This document shows, piece by piece, positions 1-5,394 of a stretch of 24,000 nt of DNA. A program made the position numbers and the translations under genes. Below the pieces are notes generated by a model. That model did not search any database. It was not told where the DNA came from and saw only the letters and a list, made by a program, of their open reading frames with translations. The DNA comes from Propionibacteriaceae bacterium G1746 (GTDB lineage: Bacteria > Actinomycetota > Actinomycetes > Propionibacteriales > Propionibacteriaceae). The stretch lies in the NCBI GenBank assembly GCA_050157075.1, contig CP189723.1, positions 2,850,139 through 2,874,138 of the forward strand, read 5' to 3'. Each line of letters begins with the position of its first letter. The first letter of the stretch is position 1.

Positions 1-790
1 TGCGGTACAGCGGGTCGAGCGCGGCCAAGTGGGTGAGCACCTGCCGGCGCCCGGACCGGAACATCGCCAACGGCACCTCGTGGTATTCACGGCGCACGTC
101 GCGGCGATAGACGGCATAGCGGGCGGGGTCGGCGGCCAGGATCGCCAGGTCGGCGTCGCACAGTTGCTGGCCGCGCACGTCGGCGTCGGCGGGCTGGTGG
201 CCGGCGGTCAGCCGCACCAGCCTTGCCACCTCACGCACGTCGGCCCGGGGCAGGATGGGCTCGAGCGTTGACTCGGCGAGTGCGGCTGAGTCGTCCTCGT
301 CGCGGCCCGGCCGCCCCTCGTAGACCGCGTCGTGAAACCACGCGGCCAGCGCCACCACGGGTTCGTCCGCGCCGACGACGTCGAGTGAGTCGAGGCAGTG
401 TTCCAGGTGGCGCAGGTCGTGGTAGTAGCGACCACGGGACGACCACCGCTCGAGCAGGTCGTCGGCCGGTCCGGTGGCCAGCGGCCACCGTTGCCGCAGC
501 CGCTCACGGCGGGCCTCGCGGTCGGCATGCCAGTCGGCCTTGGTCACCCGCAGGTTGGCCTGGCGCAGCGCCCGGACGAGTTCACGCGAGGGCGCCTCGA
601 GGGCACCGGCGGCCACGCAGTCGTCGTACAGGCTGGCCGGCACGTCGTAGTGGTCGCGGTCGAACGCACGCGGTGGCAAGCCGGCGGCCTCGGCGAGGTC
701 GTGCAGTTCCTCGAGCGAGGTGTCAGAAACCAGGTGCCCGAACAGCGTGCCATGGGCCGGCCACCTGGGCTTGTCGATCAGGACGGTCAC
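1..790 (-). CDS. DUF4031-like domain fused to an HD-superfamily (COG4339-like) phosphohydrolase domain; C-terminus lies beyond the left edge
   Basis: Absent from the ORF track because no stop codon falls inside the window. My translation of the minus strand from GTG (790-788) stays open for 263 codons down to base 2. It reads VTVLIDKPRWPAHGTLFGHLVSDTSLEELHDLAEAAGLPPRAFDRDHYDVPASLYDDCVAAGA... (DUF4031-type N-terminus as I remember it), then ...RYYHDLRHLEHCLDSLD...LAAWFHDAVYEGRPGRDEDDSAALAE... (H..HD..D ligand spacing of HD hydrolases). Start codon is tentative. Confidence 0.6.
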   Translation of the reverse strand, partial: MTVLIDKPRWPAHGTLFGHLVSDTSLEELHDLAEAAGLPPRAFDRDHYDVPASLYDDCVAAGALEAPSRELVRALRQANLRVTKADWHADREARRERLRQRWPLATGPADDLLERWSSRGRYYHDLRHLEHCLDSLDVVGADEPVVALAAWFHDAVYEGRPGRDEDDSAALAESTLEPILPRADVREVARLVRLTAGHQPADADVRGQQLCDADLAILAADPARYAVYRRDVRREYHEVPLAMFRSGRRQVLTHLAALDPLYR

Positions 791-834
791 AACAGCCAAG
801 TACACCGCGCCCGCCCACCTTCACCGAAGCAGTC

Positions 835-860
835 GGCGAAATGTGACGGCAGGTTTCGCC
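835..860 (-). terminator. Hairpin between the YceI-like stop and the DUF4031-HD start (possible terminator)
   Basis: GGCGAAA (835-841) and TTTCGCC (854-860) are exact reverse complements around a 12-nt loop, 19 nt downstream of the stop at 879. The tail on the minus strand is only weakly U-rich. Confidence 0.3.
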
Positions 861-878
861 CGTGGCGAGAAACCCGGC

Positions 879-1415
879 TCAGATGGTGAGCGTCACCTCG
901 ACATCGACCGCGTCGGCCACCCGCAGCGCACCCATCAGCGCGCTGTACGGCTTGATGCCATAGCGGCCCTGGCTCATCACACCGCTGAGCCGCCAGCCGT
1001 CCTCGACCGCCGCCACGTCGAATGCCTGCACCTCGGAACGCCCGTTCAGCGACAGCGCGCCCTCGACCCTGCCACGGTCCCAGGTGCCGGTGATCGAGGT
1101 GGCGGTGAACACCAGCTGCGGCTGCTTCGCCACCCCCATCGAACTGGCGGCGTTCTTCAGGATCGCCGCCCGGTCGCCGTCGGACACCTCTTTCGACCCG
1201 CCGCGGCTCTCGCGCACTGCAAGGGAACCCAACTGGGCGGTGACCTTCAGCTGCGACTCACCCGGCGTGGCGCCGACCACCAGCTCGCCGGTCCAGTCGC
1301 GGACCTCGAGCGTGAGGTCATGTCCCATGCGGGCCATCGCCCCCTCGCACGTCGTGTGCAGCAGCAGGTCGGCGTTCGAGGGCCCGAGTTCAATGCGTCC
1401 TGGCGTGGGTTCCAT
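879..1415 (-). CDS. YceI-like (polyisoprenoid/lipid-binding beta-barrel) family protein
   Basis: ORF track 879..1493. I trim to ATG 1415 (MEPTPGRIELGPS...) because GGAAGGA sits 6 nt upstream on the minus strand. GHDLTLEV, LVFTATSI, GALSLNGRS and GIKPYSALMGALRVADAVDVEVTL resemble YceI-like proteins. Family call is from memory. Confidence 0.55.
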   Translation of the reverse strand: MEPTPGRIELGPSNADLLLHTTCEGAMARMGHDLTLEVRDWTGELVVGATPGESQLKVTAQLGSLAVRESRGGSKEVSDGDRAAILKNAASSMGVAKQPQLVFTATSITGTWDRGRVEGALSLNGRSEVQAFDVAAVEDGWRLSGVMSQGRYGIKPYSALMGALRVADAVDVEVTLTI

Positions 1416-1515
1416 GGGCCCATCCTTCCACCGCAGGGTCTCGTCCCAGCCACCGGACTGCGGGAATACGGGCGCACCGGTCCCGGGTTGCACCGGTCAC
1501 GTGCGTGTCCGAGCC

Positions 1516-1545
1516 ACGCATGTTTGACCCACGCACGTTCGACCC
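1516..1545. promoter_or_regulatory. Two tandem 15-nt direct repeats in the divergent promoter region
   Basis: ACGCATGTTTGACCC (1516-1530) is followed directly by ACGCACGTTCGACCC (1531-1545), 13/15 identical. They end 9 nt before the AGGAG Shine-Dalgarno (1555-1559) of the CMD gene. The first unit contains a TTGACC -35-like hexamer. Confidence 0.3.
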
Positions 1546-1564
1546 ACCCACGACAGGAGCGCCC

Positions 1565-2164
1565 ATGACGGCCGACCTCATCGACCTGCTCGCCGGCATC
1601 AGCCCGGGCAGTCGCCTCGCCAGCGTGCGGGACCAGCGTCCCCAGGCCCGCGACAACGCCCAACTGAGCTTCGAAGCGCTGCTCGAACCGGTCGAGCCCG
1701 GCACCTTCCTGCTGCGCGAACGCTACGCGGTCGCCACGTTTGTCTCGCTGCTGCATGGCTTCGCGCAGGCCACGGCGTTCTACGCCGACCTGCTCACCGA
1801 CGAGGACGAGGCACTGGTCGCGCCAGTGCGCGAAGCGGCTGCGGTCTCGGCCACCCGGGGCCCCTTCGGCAACTACCGCGAACCGGGGCTGACCGGCGAG
1901 AACACCGATGGGTTGCGCTGGCAGCCATCGGATGAGGCCATCGCCGCGCTCGGGCCCCGACTCGCCGCGGCCCTGGCCCACACCCACCTGCTGGTCTTCA
2001 GGCCCCGCGAGTCGAGCCCGGCTGCACTGCAGTCGCTCGTGGACGCCGGCTGGGGCGCCGACGACATCGTCACCCTCAGCCAGCTCGTGGCATTCCTGAG
2101 CTTCCAGTTGCGCGTGGCCTGGGGCCTGCGCGTGCTCAACACCGACGGAGGGACCACCCGATGA
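1565..2164 (+). CDS. CMD (carboxymuconolactone decarboxylase-like) domain protein, Cys-less partner of the downstream AhpD-like protein (Avi_7170-type as I recall TIGR04029)
   Basis: ORF track 1505..2164. I start at ATG 1565 (MTADLIDLLAGISPGSRLASVRDQRP...) with AGGAG 5 nt upstream. The stop overlaps the next start (ATGA at 2161-2164). No cysteine anywhere in the protein. The sequence type and the pairing match the CMD/alkylhydroperoxidase gene pair I remember. Confidence 0.6.
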   Translation: MTADLIDLLAGISPGSRLASVRDQRPQARDNAQLSFEALLEPVEPGTFLLRERYAVATFVSLLHGFAQATAFYADLLTDEDEALVAPVREAAAVSATRGPFGNYREPGLTGENTDGLRWQPSDEAIAALGPRLAAALAHTHLLVFRPRESSPAALQSLVDAGWGADDIVTLSQLVAFLSFQLRVAWGLRVLNTDGGTTR

Positions 2165-2778
2165 GCGACCACCTGGTCACCAACTACCCCGAACTGGCCC
2201 GCCCCGAGCAGTTCACCCAGCAGGGCCTCGGCTGGGTGCCGTGGCTCGCGCCGCTGGCCGAGGACGAGCTCAGCGACGAGCAGCGCGAGGCCCTGATCGA
2301 GCCCGCGCGGGCGAAGATGCCCTACTTCCGGCTGCTGGCACGCAATGCGGCGGCGCTGAAGGCCCGCACGCTGACCGACCTCGACATCTTCTTCAATACC
2401 CAGGGCGGCATCGGGCGGGCCGAACGCGAACTGGCGGCGGCAGCCGCCTCGCGGCACAACGGCTGCGTCTTCTGCGCCTCGGTGCACTCGGCAGCCGCCA
2501 CCCGCGAGTCGGGCCGCACTGATGACGTGCAGCGGCTGCTCGACGAGGGCACCTCGGCCGATGTGGGCGACGACGTGTGGAACGCGGTCACCGCGGCCTC
2601 GGTGGCGCTCAGCGACACCCCGCTCGATTTCGGGGCCGACAGTGTGCAGCGGCTGCGTGATGCCGGGCTGGACGACGCCGAGATCGTGGACGTGATCAAT
2701 GGCGCGGCCTTCTTCAACTGGGCCAACCGCCTGATGTTGTCGCTGGGCGAACCCGAGGTGCCTACGCGGCGCCGCTGA
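2161..2778 (+). CDS. Peroxidase-related AhpD-like alkylhydroperoxidase domain protein (Avi_7169-type as I recall TIGR04030)
   Basis: 205 aa. Contains the AhpD-core CxxC...H signature in RHNGCVFCASVHSAAA, and the C-terminal INGAAFFNWANRLMLSLG typical of peroxidase-related enzymes. Translationally coupled to the upstream CMD gene. Confidence 0.7.
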   Translation: MSDHLVTNYPELARPEQFTQQGLGWVPWLAPLAEDELSDEQREALIEPARAKMPYFRLLARNAAALKARTLTDLDIFFNTQGGIGRAERELAAAAASRHNGCVFCASVHSAAATRESGRTDDVQRLLDEGTSADVGDDVWNAVTAASVALSDTPLDFGADSVQRLRDAGLDDAEIVDVINGAAFFNWANRLMLSLGEPEVPTRRR

Positions 2779-2815
2779 GGTCGGGCCACAGCACCATCTC
2801 AGAGCCACAACCGAC

Positions 2816-3793
2816 TCAGAACAGCGCGACCTTCGGCGCCACCGGGAAGATCTCGTCGAGTGCGGCCTCGTCCTCGGCCGTCGGCACCCAGCCGGCGGCC
2901 GCGGCGTTCTGCTGCACCTGCTGTATCTTGGTCGCCCCGGCGATGACGCTGCCGACGCTGGGCCGGGAGGCCAGCCACGAGAAAGCCACCTGCACCTCGG
3001 TCAGGTCACGTTCGCGGGCGAAGTCGCCGAACGCCTTCATCTGCGCGAGGTCGAGGTTCTCGACCAGGTGCTGGCGGGTGAACGTGAGCCGCGACCCGTC
3101 GGGGGCGGAACCCTGGGAATACTTGCCGGTCAGCAGCCCGTTGGCGAGCGGGAAGTAGGGCAGCACACCGAGCCCGTAGGCCTCGGCGGCGGGGGTGATT
3201 TCGAGCTCGGCGCGGCGGTCAAGCAGGTTGTAGTGGTTCTGGCTCGAGATGAACCGGGTGGTACCGAGCGCTCGCGCGGTGAACTCGGCCTCGGCCACCT
3301 GCCAGCCCGCGAAGTTCGAGTGCCCGAGGTAGCGCACCTTGCCGGCGGTGACGAGGTCGTCGAGGGCGGCGAGGGTCTCGTCGATCGGCGTCAGGTTGTC
3401 GGGGGTGTGGTACTGGTACAGGTCGATCCAGTCGGTGCCGAGCCGACGCAGCGAGGCCTCGGCGGCACGCACGATGTAGCGCCGCGAACCCCGGGCACCG
3501 AAGTCGTGGCCGTTGACCCCGGCCATGTCCATGCCGAACTTGGTCGCGACGATGACCTCGTCGCGGCGCTTGCCGAGCGCCTTGCCCAGCATCTGCTCGG
3601 ACAGCCCGGGAGTCCTGCCGCCGTAGGTGTCTGCCACGTCGAACAGGGTGATTCCCGCATCGACGGCGGCGTGTACCACCTGGTCGACCCCCGCCTGGTG
3701 CTCGGTCAGCGTGCCGATGCGGCCCAGGTTGTTGCAACCGAGCCCCACGGCAGAGACGGTCAGTCCGGAGTGTCCAAGTCGGCGGCAGTCCAC
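2816..3793 (-). CDS. Aldo/keto reductase family oxidoreductase
   Basis: ORF track 2816..3886 (TTG start). I prefer GTG 3793 (VDCRRLGHSGLTVSAVGLGCNNLG...) because AKRs normally begin a few residues before RxLGxSGLxVS, and GAAGGGAAG precedes it. Motifs: DVADTYGG, ATKFG, IDLYQYHTPD, GKVRYLGHSNF. Confidence 0.85.
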   Translation of the reverse strand: MDCRRLGHSGLTVSAVGLGCNNLGRIGTLTEHQAGVDQVVHAAVDAGITLFDVADTYGGRTPGLSEQMLGKALGKRRDEVIVATKFGMDMAGVNGHDFGARGSRRYIVRAAEASLRRLGTDWIDLYQYHTPDNLTPIDETLAALDDLVTAGKVRYLGHSNFAGWQVAEAEFTARALGTTRFISSQNHYNLLDRRAELEITPAAEAYGLGVLPYFPLANGLLTGKYSQGSAPDGSRLTFTRQHLVENLDLAQMKAFGDFARERDLTEVQVAFSWLASRPSVGSVIAGATKIQQVQQNAAAAGWVPTAEDEAALDEIFPVAPKVALF

Positions 3794-4128
3794 GAGCTTC
3801 TTCCCTTCAGCAGTCAAGCACTTGATCCTAGCGGTGGGCGCATCGCTCACTCCGCGCCCAACCAAGGTAAATCTCTTTACGTTCAAGGGACGGCCGGGCT
3901 ATTTTGTAACTGCGTCATGCATGGACGTCACGCAAGAGTTCCGCCGGTTCACCAGGTCCCCCTCCCGAACCGCACCCGGGCCCCTCCAGCCCCACCGGCT
4001 CCGATCCCCTCGGCACCGGGTCACCCATGCTTCACCACGAAAGCCACCCATGCCCCACTTCACCGTCCGCGCCCCATTTTTCGCAGCGGTCCACCTCGCC
4101 GTCGCCTGGCTGCCCCACCCCAAGGGGT

Positions 4129-4209
4129 GGTGATGGCGACGACGAGGCGTACCGCCGGGTGACGCTGGCCGACCCGCAGGGCAACGTGTTCGACGTGTCG
4201 AACGAGTAG
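4129..4209 (+). pseudogene. C-terminal remnant of a glyoxalase/VOC-like gene
   Basis: The last 26 codons before TAG 4207-4209 read GDGDDEAYRRVTLADPQGNVFDVSNE. This looks like the ...W.V.ADPEGNEFCV tail of glyoxalase-like domain proteins. Upstream sequence in this frame is Pro/Ser-rich junk, and a different frame (4050-4133) gives ...AVHLAVA... So at most a broken gene. Confidence 0.35.
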
Positions 4210-4224
4210 CCCGGGTCGCGCGTC

Positions 4225-4638
4225 TCAGGCTTCCTGCGCCGGGCCGACGTCAAGCTGCCAGAGCACACCGAACTGGTCGCGCACCTGGCCGTAGTGGTCG
4301 CCCCAGGGGGCAAGTTCGAAGGGCATGGCGATCTCACCGCCGTCCGCGGTCAATGCGGTGATCAGTTCCTGAGCCGCCTCGACGGAGTCAGGCGCCAGCA
4401 TGATCGAGTAGACGTCCGAGACGGTGCTCGGGGTCTCGCCGATGCTGTCGCCCCCGACCAGCATGAAGGTGTCCGTGGTGAGCGAGGCGTGTGCCACGGC
4501 ATCGTCCGGCATGCCCATGTCAGGGAAATCCTTGTACCGGAAGAGCTGCAGGTCGCCGCCGAACACGGACTGGTAGAAGGTGAACGCATCCGCGGCGTTG
4601 CCGGGGAAGGCGATGGAGATGGATGCTGCAAGGGACAT
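4225..4638 (-). CDS. VOC-superfamily protein, PhnB/3-demethylubiquinone-9 methyltransferase-domain type
   Basis: 137 aa, MSLAASISIAFPGNAADAFTFYQSVFGGDLQLFRYKDFP...APWGDHYGQVRDQFGVLWQLD. A strong AGAGGAGGA Shine-Dalgarno sits just upstream on the minus strand. Paralogous in pattern to 18568..18978. Confidence 0.8.
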   Translation of the reverse strand: MSLAASISIAFPGNAADAFTFYQSVFGGDLQLFRYKDFPDMGMPDDAVAHASLTTDTFMLVGGDSIGETPSTVSDVYSIMLAPDSVEAAQELITALTADGGEIAMPFELAPWGDHYGQVRDQFGVLWQLDVGPAQEA

Positions 4639-4740
4639 CGATGTCCTCCTCTTGGTGGCCCCGGATCCGCCCCGGGTGCCATGGTTTCACGCTACGCGCC
4701 ACGTCCGACATTTTCAGGCCCCTGCGTCAGTGCACCCCCC

Positions 4741-4980
4741 TCAGGCCACGCCCTCGACCACCTCGTGCGCGTCCACCAACCGCTGCGAGACCCGCAACAA
4801 CGGGTAGGCAACGGCCACGACGCTGACGGCGGCGGAGCCCCACAGGACGGCCGGCAGCCCCCACACCTCGCCGACGACGCAGAAGAACGCACCCACCGGC
4901 ATCAACCCGTAGCCGAGCGTCGCGCCTGCCCCGCCAACCCGGCCCAGCATGCCCACGGGCACGAGCCGTTGGCGGATGGT
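4741..4980 (-). pseudogene. 3' fragment (last two TM helices) of an MFS transporter gene
   Basis: The C-terminal 79 aa of ORF 4741..5097 read TIRQRLVPVGMLGRVGGAGATLGYGLMPVGAFFCVVGEVWGLPAVLWGSAAVSVVAVAYPLLRVSQRL. This matches the ...Q..vP...LGRv.....g..plG...gG... end of MFS (EntS-like) transporters. Upstream of it the frame becomes Arg/Gly/Pro junk, and there is no room for 10 more helices before 5395. Confidence 0.5.
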
Positions 4981-5303
4981 CTGCCCCCTCGCACGCCGCG
5001 CCCCCTCCGGTGCACGACGCTCCCGTGCGGTTCGCGACGCTCCCCCTGCGCCGGGCCCCAAAGGGAGCGGCATGAACCCACGAGGTGCGGCGTGCACTTA
5101 CAGGGGGGCGTGATGCCCTCATCGGGAGCGTGGTCACCGCCGCGGGCACCCCGCCCGCCCCGACAAGGGCGTGCCGACACTGTCGTGTGGACGAGTCGCC
5201 CCGCTATGCATGGGGTCAAGCCGGTGAAGGGCCCAGCGCCTGCCTCGTCCACCCCCGATGCCCGCACGCCCGGACTCACGCGCCCGCCCCCGAATTGCCC
5301 CTG

Positions 5304-5349
5304 AACGCAACAGCTGCCCTAGTGCAGGCACTAGGGCAACTGTTGCGTT
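5304..5349 (-). terminator. Long near-perfect hairpin downstream of LRR gene A
   Basis: AACGCAACAGCTGCCCTAGTGC (5304-5325), AG, then GCACTAGGGCAACTGTTGCGTT (5328-5349). The arms pair 21 of 22 around a 2-nt centre, 45 nt after the stop at 5395. No U-tract. Confidence 0.4.
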
Positions 5350-5394
5350 GTAGGGCAAACCGCGACTCGGTCAGCCGGCCAGCCCATCAACCGA

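Noticed and set aside
3794-3886. 31-codon N-terminal extension of the aldo-keto reductase from a TTG start
   Set aside because: AKRs start a few residues before the RxLGxSGLxVS motif. The extension contains an AT-rich palindrome and -10-like sequences more consistent with a promoter, and GTG 3793 has a purine-rich ribosome-binding site.
4294-5304. 336-aa plus-strand ORF and the overlapping minus-strand ORFs (4727..5149, 4902..5279) in the region right of VOC-1
   Set aside because: The translations are Arg/Pro/Gly-rich with no motifs. The first 345 nt run antisense to the real VOC gene. The only family-like sequence in this stretch is the MFS tail in frame 4741..4980.
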